Notes: generated by a model from the sequence alone, not told the origin. A stretch of DNA of 64,000 bases from an uncultured Candidatus Saccharibacteria bacterium (GCA_964597145.1 CAZQWH010000004.1:195-64194); one strand, 5' to 3'. Numbered from the stretch's first letter, positions 49,033 through 60,565 are shown. Numbers and translations are program-made.

Positions 49033-49773
49033 ATGCATATACGCATCGCGCACTTATACCCGGACCTTATGAATATTTACGGAGATTGGGGCAATATAGC
49101 CTCGCTGGTCTACCGGGCTAAACAACGCGGTATAACTCCGGAGGTTATACCATTGAGCCTTGGTGATAATCTTCGCCTAGGGCAGTTCGACTTTTACTTT
49201 TTTGGGGGTGGTCAGGATATCGGTCAAGAACTAGTTGCTCCCGATTTATTACGAATTGCTCCGCAACTCAAAGAAGAGGTCGAATCAGGCGCTGCCGTAC
49301 TCGCAATCTGCGGAGGATATCAACTGCTTGGTCGTCAATATCAGACAAGTGATGGTCAAACACTGCCGGGAGCCAACATTCTACCAGTTGAAACCATTGC
49401 CGAGAAACAGCGCTTTATGAACAACTTAGTAGTTGCCATTAATCCTAAATTAGAAATCAATAAGACCGAGGCAGCAACTTTAGTTGGTTTCGAAAATCAC
49501 AGTGGTCGGACTCATATTCTACAACCTGGCCTATCCCTGGGCCGGGTGGTGAAAGGTAATGGCAATAATGGCCGTGACGGTACAGAAGGAGTAGTGCATA
49601 AAGCTGCCATTGGTACCTATCTTCACGGTAGTTTCCTGCCCAAGAATCCGCACGTAGCCGACTGGCTGTTAGCTAAAGCCTTAGAGCGGCGATATGGCAA
49701 GGTTGAACTAGAACCATTAGACGATACGCTTGAATGGCAAGCCCATCGAGTAGCAGTTGGTCTAAAAGTATAA
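49033..49773 (+). CDS. gatD: lipid II isoglutaminyl synthase glutaminase subunit GatD (CobB/CobQ-like GATase)
   Basis: MHIRIAHLYPDLMNIYGDWGNI, catalytic AICGGYQLLG cysteine, H-containing C-terminal motif; paired with murT. Confidence 0.7.
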   Translation: MHIRIAHLYPDLMNIYGDWGNIASLVYRAKQRGITPEVIPLSLGDNLRLGQFDFYFFGGGQDIGQELVAPDLLRIAPQLKEEVESGAAVLAICGGYQLLGRQYQTSDGQTLPGANILPVETIAEKQRFMNNLVVAINPKLEINKTEAATLVGFENHSGRTHILQPGLSLGRVVKGNGNNGRDGTEGVVHKAAIGTYLHGSFLPKNPHVADWLLAKALERRYGKVELEPLDDTLEWQAHRVAVGLKV

Positions 49774-49887
49774 CCGGCCCTTGCAGTCACGGGTAGGCAA
49801 TAGTAAGATACAGGCAACGTTATAAGATAAGCTTGTATATCCGATGATCGCAAACGTATGTAGTCGTTTGCTCGTGAAAGGGGGTGA

Positions 49888-50583
49888 ATGCAGATGTATA
49901 ACATACAATCATGGACAGATACGGTCCTGCTCGCCTTATCTAACAGCCTATCCCAATTCCTTAACTTCCTGCCCAAGTTAGTTGGTGCAATTGTCATTTT
50001 TGTTATCGGCCTTTTAATTGCCAGTTTAATTAAAACCCTGGTTATGCGAGTTTTGACCATGGCTCAACTTGAGCCATTCGCTGAAAAAGTCGGGCTGAAC
50101 AAGATTTTACGTGGCATTGGCACATCAATTACCGCCCAAGAAGTGTTAGGAGAAATTATTCGGTGGGCAATTATCTTCATCTTCCTAGTTCCAGCTAGCG
50201 AAGTTCTAGGATTGCCACAGTTGTCAAGCCTCATAAACGGCTTGGTCGACTATATTCCAAACGTCATCGTTGCGGTAGTGGTGTTAATGGTAGGGGCTAT
50301 TTTGGCTGATATCTTAGGTGAATTAGTGAGTGGCACCTCGCATGCAATTGGTGCATCAACCGCTAATCTACTTGGCGCTATCGCTAAATACGCCGTTGTT
50401 GTCTTCTCGATCATGATCGCCTTGTCCGAACTCGGCATCGCCTCGACCATAATTAATACCCTAATTACTGGCTTTGTGGCAATGATTGCCTTAGCTGGAG
50501 GCTTGGCTTTCGGTCTAGGTGGCAAAGACACCGCGGCCGATATCTTGGATGCGATCAAGCGAAACCTTAAAAATAAGCACTAA
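49888..50583 (+). CDS. membrane protein with repeated conserved-TM-helix motifs
   Basis: Two internally similar TM-helix pairs (PKLVGAIVIFVIGLLIA / PNVIVAVVVLMVGAILA). Confidence 0.35.
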   Translation: MQMYNIQSWTDTVLLALSNSLSQFLNFLPKLVGAIVIFVIGLLIASLIKTLVMRVLTMAQLEPFAEKVGLNKILRGIGTSITAQEVLGEIIRWAIIFIFLVPASEVLGLPQLSSLINGLVDYIPNVIVAVVVLMVGAILADILGELVSGTSHAIGASTANLLGAIAKYAVVVFSIMIALSELGIASTIINTLITGFVAMIALAGGLAFGLGGKDTAADILDAIKRNLKNKH

Positions 50584-50638
50584 GCTAACGAGCTTAGGTC
50601 AAGCTTTCACATTGTGCCCCGGTTGATTGCAATCGGGG

Positions 50639-51190
50639 CTAGTGTGTGAGTGGTGGTTGGTAATACTCTAAGGCAGTAAATTCAGCCTGATGGACAACCA
50701 GGCCATGCTGGTCAAACAGTGGGCGAGAAGCAACCATCAAGTCTTCAGCTAAATCCCGAGTCAAAAGAGTGTTTGCCTGAAATAAAGCAATGGTTTGTCG
50801 TACAGACTGACGAACCAGTGGGCGAATCACCCGTTGGAGTGTATGGCGATTAAGTCTGGATAGCGTGGTTGTCGGCGCAGCCAGATTAATACCAATAACT
50901 ATAGTTCCTTGACTGGTGAATAAGTGGTGGTCATGACTAACCGCGGTAATTGGTTCATCTGTATATGGCGAACGTCTATTCTGGTTAGTAAAGTGGAATG
51001 GAATGGGAGTAGCCGCAACGTGGCAAATTGAAGTCAGCCATGGCCAATGCCAATACCATCCCGTCGTTAATTCCCGAGGTTTAATGGTGGTTCCAGGATG
51101 AAGCAAAAAAGCCCGATGACCCGCGGGAACATGCACCAGTGGTTGCCAAACGTGGTCAAAAATAATCTGAGACGACTTGGTTGAATTCAT
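50639..51190 (-). CDS. SPFH/band-7-like domain protein (lacks own TM)
   Basis: VPAGHRAFLL..G....PGWYW.WP... then TLQRVIRPLVRQSVRQTIALFQANTLLTRDLAED resembles SPFH core; overlaps upstream membrane ORF by 4 nt. Confidence 0.4.
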   Translation of the reverse strand: MNSTKSSQIIFDHVWQPLVHVPAGHRAFLLHPGTTIKPRELTTGWYWHWPWLTSICHVAATPIPFHFTNQNRRSPYTDEPITAVSHDHHLFTSQGTIVIGINLAAPTTTLSRLNRHTLQRVIRPLVRQSVRQTIALFQANTLLTRDLAEDLMVASRPLFDQHGLVVHQAEFTALEYYQPPLTH

Positions 51191-51894
51191 GCTACCGACT
51201 TCTTCTGTCGCATACCAGCGAAAAACTGTAACAAAAATCTAATATACAAGCTTACCCCTAGTGCAGCCGCTAATATAATCGATAATGCGCTGGGAAGCCA
51301 GAAAATAAGAAAGTAAATAAATAGCGGTAAAATAACGGCATACCAACGATCAATAAAACTGGTTAGAAACTGCTGAGCTTTGTATGACTGTCTCAATTCA
51401 AAAAACAGTAGTATTGCCGGGATCAGACTAAGCGAAGGTGAGGAGTAACCCAGATTAATTGATCCAATTGAATGACTAAAGTCGGTTGGGGCTGTAACAA
51501 AGTTATACAGTAAGTCGGGGTGGAGCTCCTGCCAGTACTGAGAAAAAACCGGAAACAGGTAGGCGAGGATGGCGGCTAAACCGGCCAAAAAAATCGACTC
51601 GCTTTGAAATCTGATCTGCTTTTTACGGAGCAGTTTCATTATTTGTTCCTGCTGTTTTTCAACATCTGGCTCGTTGGTTTGAATTGCTTCAATTTGGCTC
51701 TGTAGTTGCTGGGTGCGGATTTGATCGAAGTAACCAGTAATCATCAGGGGTAAAAAAATAATAGCCGCCAGGATCCCAATCGCCAGCGCGGTTGTCACTG
51801 GCTGGTTTTGCCCCAGGGTAGTGTATAGGCCAATCACCAAATTATATCCTGGCTGAACCACTGCTAAGTTAAATAATTGATCTGCTATATTCAT
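51187..51894 (-). CDS. polytopic membrane protein, hypothetical
   Basis: About 5 TM helices; translationally coupled (ATGA) to SPFH-like gene. Confidence 0.35.
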   Translation of the reverse strand: MNIADQLFNLAVVQPGYNLVIGLYTTLGQNQPVTTALAIGILAAIIFLPLMITGYFDQIRTQQLQSQIEAIQTNEPDVEKQQEQIMKLLRKKQIRFQSESIFLAGLAAILAYLFPVFSQYWQELHPDLLYNFVTAPTDFSHSIGSINLGYSSPSLSLIPAILLFFELRQSYKAQQFLTSFIDRWYAVILPLFIYFLIFWLPSALSIILAAALGVSLYIRFLLQFFAGMRQKKSVA

Positions 51895-52212
51895 AGGCTG
51901 TGCAAGCTGCTTGCTTCAGTCAGTATTATAAAGCAAGTCGGCAAGTTTGCGAGCAGTAAGTATAAAAGTGAATAAGAAGTCGACATATGCGAATAATTCC
52001 CTGCCATGCATCCTATTCTGGCAGCAAAAGAGTAGGCTACGCAATTCTTACTCGGAATACCAACGCATCACGTGCTGCTCTATACAGCAACGCTGCATCA
52101 CTCTGTTACCCGTCAAGCTATAACTACTTGACGAGCTAAGAGGCTACAGATATAATACAGCCGATTTGCATCTACATTTCAACCGTAAAACATTTGAAAA
52201 GGAGTTGTCTGT

Positions 52213-52947
52213 TTGGCCCAAGAATTAGCCTTGAGCGGCGCCCAATTGGGCGTACTACCCATTACTAATACAGTATTGACCGGCATCCTAGTTGCCGGTG
52301 GCATTGTGGGCGTAGCTCATCTAGCAACTCGAAAAATGCAACTAGTACCCTCCGGTCTCCAAAATGGCGCGGAGATGGTAGTAGAATTTATATATAACCT
52401 CATTGCCTCGGTAGAAGCGGACCGTCGCAAAGTTAACCTATTCTTTCCCTTCGTTGTTACATTCTTTATCTATATCGTCGTGGCAAATTATGCTGGATTA
52501 TTACCTGGAGTAGGAACGATTGGGTTTTTTGAACATGGCCATTTAACTCCGTTGCTCCGGGCTCCCATGAGCGACTTAAACACCACTTTGGCTTTGGCCC
52601 TATTCTCGGTTATAACCGCCCATGTCTTATCGGTAATGGAGCAAGGAATAAAGGGTTACTTGGCAATTTGGTTTAGCCTTAACCCAATTCTGTTGTTTGT
52701 CGGCTTACTGGAGCTAATTAGTGAGGTTACCAAGGTCATTTCCCTTTCCTTTCGGTTATTTGGTAACATATTCGCAGGCGAGACGGTGTTAGAAGTCATC
52801 GGACACACCTTTTCCCCGTTTGTGGCAACGCTACCGTTCCTTGGTCTTGAGTTGATCGTGGGGTTTGCTCAAGCCCTCGTTTTTGCCATGTTAACGCTAG
52901 CCTCGTTTGTAATACTTACGATGAATCATGAGTCGGATGCACATTAA
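52213..52947 (+). CDS. atpB: F0F1 ATP synthase subunit a
   Basis: LSFRLFGNIFAGE conserved Arg motif, 5-6 TM; start codon uncertain (TTG 52213 after AAAGGAG). Confidence 0.85.
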   Translation: MAQELALSGAQLGVLPITNTVLTGILVAGGIVGVAHLATRKMQLVPSGLQNGAEMVVEFIYNLIASVEADRRKVNLFFPFVVTFFIYIVVANYAGLLPGVGTIGFFEHGHLTPLLRAPMSDLNTTLALALFSVITAHVLSVMEQGIKGYLAIWFSLNPILLFVGLLELISEVTKVISLSFRLFGNIFAGETVLEVIGHTFSPFVATLPFLGLELIVGFAQALVFAMLTLASFVILTMNHESDAH

Positions 52948-53083
52948 GCCATTGGTGCATTGGAAGCATCTCTGTGGCGAAACTCTTAGCCTGCAGACAC
53001 GGTAGTAGATATCTTATACAGTCTCTGCTCGTAGGCTCTGTTTCTGTTTGGGCTGCCAACACATGGTTAGACTATGACGATAA

Positions 53084-53329
<246 letters not shown>

Positions 53330-53352
53330 TTAAGACAGAAAAAGGTACGTAC

Positions 53353-53868
53353 ATGGATATTATTTCTTCGGTAAGCTCTCTGCTTGGAAATTTCGGTGTT
53401 AACTGGGCTAGTTTTCTTGGCCAATTAACCACATTTGTCATTCTATTAGTGTTATTGCGATTAATTCTCTACAAGCCCATGCTGGCAATGTTAGAGGAGC
53501 GTAAAGCTCGTATAGCCCAAGGCCTCAAAGACGCGGATCAGGCCGCGAAAGCTCGGGCCGAGTCCGAGCGGCAGGCAGCCGCCCAGCTAAAAGAAGCGAC
53601 CGCTAAGGCAGAGAGCTTGCTCGAAGAGAGCCGCAAGGCAGCCGAGCGACTCAAGTCCGAAGTTATGAACCAAACCCAAGTTGAAATTGAGCGTGTTAAA
53701 CAGGCTCAGCAAGATCAGTTGGCCCAAATGAAGTCAGAAATGATGCGCGAAGTCAAATCTGAGGTAGCCGACCTCATAGTTACAACAACCAAAAAAGTAC
53801 TTAACCAAGAGTTAACTGGGGCGGAACAAAAGAAAATTGCCGATCGGGCGGTTAAGGAGTTGCACTAA
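53353..53868 (+). CDS. atpF: F0F1 ATP synthase subunit b
   Basis: N-terminal TM then long charged coiled-coil (AKARAESERQAAAQLKEA...). Confidence 0.85.
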   Translation: MDIISSVSSLLGNFGVNWASFLGQLTTFVILLVLLRLILYKPMLAMLEERKARIAQGLKDADQAAKARAESERQAAAQLKEATAKAESLLEESRKAAERLKSEVMNQTQVEIERVKQAQQDQLAQMKSEMMREVKSEVADLIVTTTKKVLNQELTGAEQKKIADRAVKELH

Positions 53869-54266
53869 TGGCCAGTGCCCTAGTTGTAGCCAAGGCTCAG
53901 GCATTAGTGTCCCTGGTCACCACCACCGACGGAGTCATAGATCCAGATAAACTCCAAGCAGTCGTTCACGAACTCCTGAACACTAACCACAAGTCAAAGC
54001 GGGACATTGCCCGTCAGCTAGCTATTGAAGCGGAAAAAATACAAACACAGCAGTTAGCCGAGGTCGCCTCGGCGGTGGTATTACCTAAATCCACTCAACA
54101 AGCTTTAGTTAATGCGATTCGTCGTCGTCACCCTCAGGTTAAACAGTTTGTCTGGCAGGTTAATCCAGACCTACTTGGCGGTTTCACCATCCGTGTGGCC
54201 GACACCTGGTACGATACCACCCTAGCAACCGATTTGAAAACCATTAGACAGCAGTTATCCACATAA
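53868..54266 (+). CDS. atpH: F0F1 ATP synthase subunit delta (OSCP), short form
   Basis: Position between b and alpha; C-terminal LLGGFTIRV.D...D.T OSCP motif; only 132 aa. Confidence 0.75.
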   Translation: MASALVVAKAQALVSLVTTTDGVIDPDKLQAVVHELLNTNHKSKRDIARQLAIEAEKIQTQQLAEVASAVVLPKSTQQALVNAIRRRHPQVKQFVWQVNPDLLGGFTIRVADTWYDTTLATDLKTIRQQLST

Positions 54267-54281
54267 AGGGGTCTTTATTAA

Positions 54282-55859
54282 ATGAATTCTCAATCCTTCA
54301 GCACCGTAATCGAGCAAGAAATTGCCAAAATTGATTTAAAACATACCGCCAAAAACGTTGGTACTGTCATCAAAGTTATGGATGGCATTGTGATTGCCCG
54401 AGGTTTATCGGGGGCACAAATGGGAGAATTAGTTTCGTTTGCGAACGGCGTAAAAGGTCTAGTCCTTAACCTCGAATCCGACCAAATCGGCATAATTGTA
54501 TTGGGCGACTATACCGCTATCGAGGAGGGCGACACCATCCAAACCAGCGGGCAAGCATTAGCAATCGAAGTAAATAATGCAATTTTAGGCCGCGTCGTCA
54601 GTCCACTGGGCGAAGTTTTAGATGGCAAAGGAGCCATATCCGGTAAAAAAACGCTTATGCCAATCGAAAATTTGGCTCCCGGGGTTGTGGAGCGTCAATC
54701 GGTGGGCACCCCGGTTCAAACCGGCATCCTATCGGTCGATGCGGCCATTCCAGTTGGACGCGGACAACGGGAGCTAATTATTGGTGACCGCAGTACGGGC
54801 AAGACCGCTTTAGCTTTAGATACTATTTTGGCACAAAAAGGTCAAGATCTACTGTGCATTTACGTCGCCATTGGTCAAAAAAGCTCTAAAATTGCCCAAG
54901 TCGTATCCCAATTGGAAAAGAGTGGGGCTTTAGAATATACCGTCGTCGTTTCAGCCAGTGCTTCAGACGCGGCTGCGATGCAATATCTCGCGCCATATGC
55001 CGGAGCGGCAATTGGTGAGTATTTTATGCACCAAGGCAAAGACGCCTTAGTTGTCTACGACGATTTAACCAAACACGCCTGGGCCTATCGCCAGCTGTCA
55101 TTGGTATTGCGTCGCCCTCCGGGACGTGAAGCCTATCCTGGTGATGTCTTTTACCTGCACTCCCGATTATTGGAGCGGGCAGCCCGAATGAGTGATGAAC
55201 GGGGCGGCGGGTCTTTAACAGCCCTACCAGTGATCGAAACACAGGCTGGTGATATTTCGGCCTACATTCCAACCAATGTTATCTCAATTACCGATGGTCA
55301 AATCTTTCTCGAGACCGATCTGTTTAACGCTGGCATCCGGCCTGCAGTTAACATGGGGCAGTCAGTATCCCGGGTAGGCACTGCTGCTCAAACCAAAGCC
55401 ATGAAACAGGTAGCTGGCAAATTGAAGTTAGACTTAGCTCAGTACCGCGAGTTGGCCGCCTTCGCCCAGTTTGGCTCAGATTTGGATCCTAAAACTCAGG
55501 CTACGATCGATCGAGGTGCTCGCATCACTGAGATGCTCAAACAGCCTCAGTATCAACCGCTACCTTTAGCCGAAGAAGTGATGGTGCTCTATGCGGTGAC
55601 TAATGGGTTTGTTGATGAACTTCCGGTGGCCACCATTGGCGATTTTAAAGTCAAACTATTAAGCATGTTGCGGGCGACTCAACCTAAGTTGCTCCAGGAA
55701 ATTACCACCAAAAAAGCTTTAGACGAGTCGCTCGAAGCTAAGGTCAAGCAAGTCTTGGCAGATTTCGTCAAAGGATACACGCCAGTATCGCAAGATAGCA
55801 CGTATCAAACTGCAGATAATGAAAAAGAATTGAAGCAATCGATTAAGGAGTCTAAGTAG
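54282..55859 (+). CDS. atpA: F0F1 ATP synthase subunit alpha
   Basis: Walker [16 protein letters not shown], typical alpha sequence throughout. Confidence 0.95.
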   Translation: MNSQSFSTVIEQEIAKIDLKHTAKNVGTVIKVMDGIVIARGLSGAQMGELVSFANGVKGLVLNLESDQIGIIVLGDYTAIEEGDTIQTSGQALAIEVNNAILGRVVSPLGEVLDGKGAISGKKTLMPIENLAPGVVERQSVGTPVQTGILSVDAAIPVGRGQRELIIGDRSTGKTALALDTILAQKGQDLLCIYVAIGQKSSKIAQVVSQLEKSGALEYTVVVSASASDAAAMQYLAPYAGAAIGEYFMHQGKDALVVYDDLTKHAWAYRQLSLVLRRPPGREAYPGDVFYLHSRLLERAARMSDERGGGSLTALPVIETQAGDISAYIPTNVISITDGQIFLETDLFNAGIRPAVNMGQSVSRVGTAAQTKAMKQVAGKLKLDLAQYRELAAFAQFGSDLDPKTQATIDRGARITEMLKQPQYQPLPLAEEVMVLYAVTNGFVDELPVATIGDFKVKLLSMLRATQPKLLQEITTKKALDESLEAKVKQVLADFVKGYTPVSQDSTYQTADNEKELKQSIKESK

Positions 55860-55896
55860 ATAGGTAGGAGTTTAGGAGTAAAAGGTAGTATTTTTT

Positions 55897-56784
55897 ATGG
55901 CAAGCACACGTGAGATACGGCGACGAATACGATCGGTTAAAAATATTGGCCAAATTACCCGGGCTATGGAGCTAGTGGCAGCTGCCAAAATGCGCCGGGC
56001 TCAAGAAGCAGCCCTAGCTGGTCGGAAGTACAACGACACCATGTATGCCATGTTGGCTAATATGTTGGGCCGAGTAGATGTTTCTAGCCACAACTTACTC
56101 CAACAGCCCAACCAAACTACTAATGGCAGTCAACCGCTGGTAGTAGTGTTTGGCCCAGATAAAGGGTTAAGCGGCGCGCTACCAACTAACTTGGTACGTG
56201 AGGTTGGACGGTTTATGCAAACCAACCCCAATCTCCGCCTGGTAACTATGGGCAAGCGTACCCGAGATGGCTTAATTAAATTAAAAGGTGAGGTGGTGGC
56301 GGACTTTCCACTCCAGGAGCGACCACGTTTGCGTGACATCCTGGCTCTTACCCGGTTTGTCTTAGATGAATTTAAGGCTGGCCGGTGTAGCGAGGTATTA
56401 ATTGCCAACACTAAGTTTATCTCAACCATGCAGCAGCAACCTAAGCTCAGTCAACTGCTGCCGCTATCGCCAGAGTTACTCCAAGTGGACTACTTAGCCC
56501 AAGAGGTTAGAGATAGGGATACAGATGAATCGGCCGACTTTTTGTTTGAACCAGGTGTGGACGCCATTTTAGACCAATTACTACCTCGATTTGTCGAAAT
56601 GACCGTGTATCAGGCATTATTAGAAGCTTTTGCCTCACAATATTCAGCCCAAATGATGGCCATGCGCAGTGCTGGTGATAATGCCAAAGAATTACAAGAT
56701 GAGTTAACCTTAACTTACAACCAATTACGTCAGGCATCCATTACCGCAGAACTGGCCGAAATTGCCGCTGGGGCGGGTGGTTAG
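55897..56784 (+). CDS. atpG: F0F1 ATP synthase subunit gamma
   Basis: MASTREIRRRIRSVKNIGQITRAMELVAAAKMRRAQ N-terminus, C-terminal ITAELAEI. Confidence 0.9.
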   Translation: MASTREIRRRIRSVKNIGQITRAMELVAAAKMRRAQEAALAGRKYNDTMYAMLANMLGRVDVSSHNLLQQPNQTTNGSQPLVVVFGPDKGLSGALPTNLVREVGRFMQTNPNLRLVTMGKRTRDGLIKLKGEVVADFPLQERPRLRDILALTRFVLDEFKAGRCSEVLIANTKFISTMQQQPKLSQLLPLSPELLQVDYLAQEVRDRDTDESADFLFEPGVDAILDQLLPRFVEMTVYQALLEAFASQYSAQMMAMRSAGDNAKELQDELTLTYNQLRQASITAELAEIAAGAGG

Positions 56785-56798
56785 CAGATTTTAATTAA

Positions 56799-58187
<1,389 letters not shown>

Positions 58188-58200
58188 CTAACCGCTCGTC

Positions 58201-58310
58201 CGTCATCCTTGGGCTTGACCCGAGGATCTGATTCCGTCATTCTGGAGGGCTTAGCCCGATAGAATCCCGACAAAGAGATCCTATCGCCAACAAGTGGCTC
58301 CAGGATGACG
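58201..58310. repeat. 110-bp MITE-like element with terminal inverted repeats CGTCATCCTTGG / CCAGGATGACG, between atpD and atpC
   Basis: Termini are reverse complements; internal nested hairpins (ATCCTTGGGCTTGACCCGAGGAT; ATTCTGGAGGGCTTAGCCCGATAGAAT); internal GTCATTCTGGAG half-site matches 60586 copy. Confidence 0.55.
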
Positions 58311-58466
58311 CAGGATTAAAGGTGTAAAATTAGAATAGTGAAATTCTAAATTAGAAACAATAACGAAACTAGAATAATAAAATATCTCAACGTTTAAAGT
58401 TTCCGATTTTAGGTCTCCCATTTGTTTCGAGTTTCGATAGTATTTATTTAAGATTTGAGCAATATT

Positions 58467-58889
58467 ATGGCTAAACTACAAGTAGAAATTGTCACCCAAG
58501 AAGAACAAATCTTAGCTGGTACCGCCAGCCAAGTAAGCTTGCCCGGAGCTACTGGGGAGCTAACCATTTTGCCCAATCACCGAGCCCTAACCTCAACCAT
58601 GAAGGCCGGAGAAATCCACGTGGTGCTGGAAAACGGCCAAGACAAGCGGGTGGTAGTTAGCCCCGGCTTTATCCAGGTTACCAATAATATCGTCACCATT
58701 TTAGCCGATTCCGCCGTGCGCGAAGAAGAATTAGACGAGCAAAAAGCTCTAGAGGCTAAAGCCGCCGCCGAAGCCGCTATAGAAAACATGGAATCATCCT
58801 CCGAAGTCGCCATGACCCTCGGCACCATCGAACGAACCCTCATGGAACTCCAGGCCATTAAGCGCCGCCCCAAACACCGAGCGCATTAA
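58467..58889 (+). CDS. atpC: F0F1 ATP synthase subunit epsilon
   Basis: MAKLQVEIVTQEEQILAGTASQVSLPGATGELTILPNH beta-sandwich N-domain; start at ATG 58467. Confidence 0.85.
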   Translation: MAKLQVEIVTQEEQILAGTASQVSLPGATGELTILPNHRALTSTMKAGEIHVVLENGQDKRVVVSPGFIQVTNNIVTILADSAVREEELDEQKALEAKAAAEAAIENMESSSEVAMTLGTIERTLMELQAIKRRPKHRAH

Positions 58890-59265
58890 TCTGCCGTAGT
58901 GATACACCACATCAACATTGGCCGACCAAGTTAAAAGAAAATACCTCAGCGCAAGCTGGAGTTATTCTTGTGGCGTGGAAGCTAATTGAAGCTACCATGA
59001 AGCAGCGTGGAGAGATTGTGTCAGCAGCCAAAGGTTGTTATATCCTGGGGGAGGGTGCACATGCAATGCTTTTCCACAGAAGTAATATCCATGATTTAGT
59101 ACTTATGTATCATAGGTAGTTATAGTGTGGTCTATGGGGAATTTAAACAGGCAGGCAAGAAGTTTTAATCATAGAGATCTGTGAAAGATGTCTATTTCTG
59201 GCCAACTTAATGGTTTTGTGGCAACTGGTATACGTATGTTATAGCATCTCAAAATCTTTACTGCA

Positions 59266-59294
59266 TTGACAAATCTAGGACATTTTGCTATAGA
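59266..59294 (+). promoter_or_regulatory. near-consensus sigma70-like promoter TTGACA-N17-TATAGA
   Basis: -35 59266-59271, -10 59289-59294; upstream of small-peptide ORFs and terminator at 59590. Confidence 0.55.
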
Positions 59295-59494
59295 GTGACT
59301 AGCTTATTCGCTCACGCAATGAAAGGAGAGATGGTCGTATTCATTTGGAAGGGTGGCGCAAAAGGCAAGAACCGATTACGAGCAAGAGAATCTGTCTTTG
59401 CGTCGGTGATATAGCTCACCTTAGCTATATCTATTACGGTTTAGGCGCATGGGTAAGGCTTAGCCAGCCAATACAGGCAAGCCACTGCGTCATC

Positions 59495-59578
59495 ATGAAA
59501 GGATCCCCGATCATGCTAGGGGTCATCATCCTGATAATCGTAATCATCCTGGTGGTGGGAATTATTACCTCGGCATAG
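59495..59578 (+). CDS. small hydrophobic peptide (27 aa; or 21 aa from internal ATG 59513 with AAAGGA SD)
   Basis: MKGSPIMLGVIILIIVIILVVGIITSA: single TM helix; own promoter and intrinsic terminator. Confidence 0.4.
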   Translation: MKGSPIMLGVIILIIVIILVVGIITSA

Positions 59579-59589
59579 GCCATCACCAC

Positions 59590-59627
59590 ATGCCCCGTCT
59601 TCAATTATGAAGACGGGGCATCTTTTT
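59590..59627 (+). terminator. rho-independent terminator
   Basis: ATGCCCCGTCTTC-aattatg-AAGACGGGGCAT followed by CTTTTTG. Confidence 0.7.
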
Positions 59628-59651
59628 GCACGACACACTATACTGAAACGA

Positions 59652-60224
59652 TTAATTTCGTCCCTTAGATACAATAACCGCGTTGCAGATCAGAGCCAGG
59701 CCGACGCCGATCATGGTGCCAACACCAAAACCAATTAAGGTATCCTGCCAACCACCAGTCATAAAGGCATTTTTGCCGCCACTCAGCAAAAAGCCAACTA
59801 AGGCGCCTAGCACCATACCAATAACGGTTAATCCGCCATAATATAGTCCAATCACCTCTTGCTCAGCAGGGTCCATGTTTAAGTAATATTCTAAAAATCG
59901 GGCGTTCATATCGGCGTACTGGTTGGTATCTTGACGAGTTAAAGCCTCTTTAGCTTTGGCAAACGCCTCAGCTTCGGTTGAACCTTGGGCAATTAGGTCA
60001 TTCATATAATCTGCCATATACACGACTAAGTCATTGCGGGCCTCTTGGGTTTGTTTTGAGCTAGGTCTAAACTTGGCCAATTCCTTACGCAGGCTATGCT
60101 TAGCATTAGTGGTGTTTTTCTTAAGCTGCTCTAAGTAGGTCATTTCGGCAGCTTCGATATAGTGTTGGGATTGTTCTTCGGCAAATTCCTGAATTTTTTG
60201 ATGTGTTTCCTGGCTGAGGCTCAT
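59652..60224 (-). CDS. PadR-associated membrane protein, hypothetical
   Basis: Soluble helical N-part then 2 C-terminal TM helices; overlaps PadR gene by 4 nt (co-transcribed). Confidence 0.45.
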   Translation of the reverse strand: MSLSQETHQKIQEFAEEQSQHYIEAAEMTYLEQLKKNTTNAKHSLRKELAKFRPSSKQTQEARNDLVVYMADYMNDLIAQGSTEAEAFAKAKEALTRQDTNQYADMNARFLEYYLNMDPAEQEVIGLYYGGLTVIGMVLGALVGFLLSGGKNAFMTGGWQDTLIGFGVGTMIGVGLALICNAVIVSKGRN

Positions 60225-60565
60225 GATAATTTCCTTTCATTATTTCTTAAAATAGTAGTTCGCTCGTTGAGGAAGTCCCACTTGGCCCAAATAGTGACTA
60301 ATTCTTCGTGCCCTTTGGGGCTTAAGCTATAAAACTTCCTGGGGGGTCCAATTTCGGATGGCTTTTTAACGATAGTAACCAGGTGGTTCCGTTCTAAACG
60401 CACCAGTAGGGCGTACACTGTGCCTTCGGCGATGCCCTCAAACCCAAGCGCATTTAACCGCTTCACAATTTCGTAACCGTAGATTTCTTCCTGGCTAATT
60501 ACCTCGAGCACCACACCTTCCAGTACCCCTTTGAGCATTTCGCTCATATTCTCCATAAATAACAA
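60221..60565 (-). CDS. PadR family transcriptional regulator
   Basis: LEVISQEEIYGYEIVKRL...GTVYALLVRLERNHLV winged-helix PadR signature. Confidence 0.8.
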   Translation of the reverse strand: MLFMENMSEMLKGVLEGVVLEVISQEEIYGYEIVKRLNALGFEGIAEGTVYALLVRLERNHLVTIVKKPSEIGPPRKFYSLSPKGHEELVTIWAKWDFLNERTTILRNNERKLS

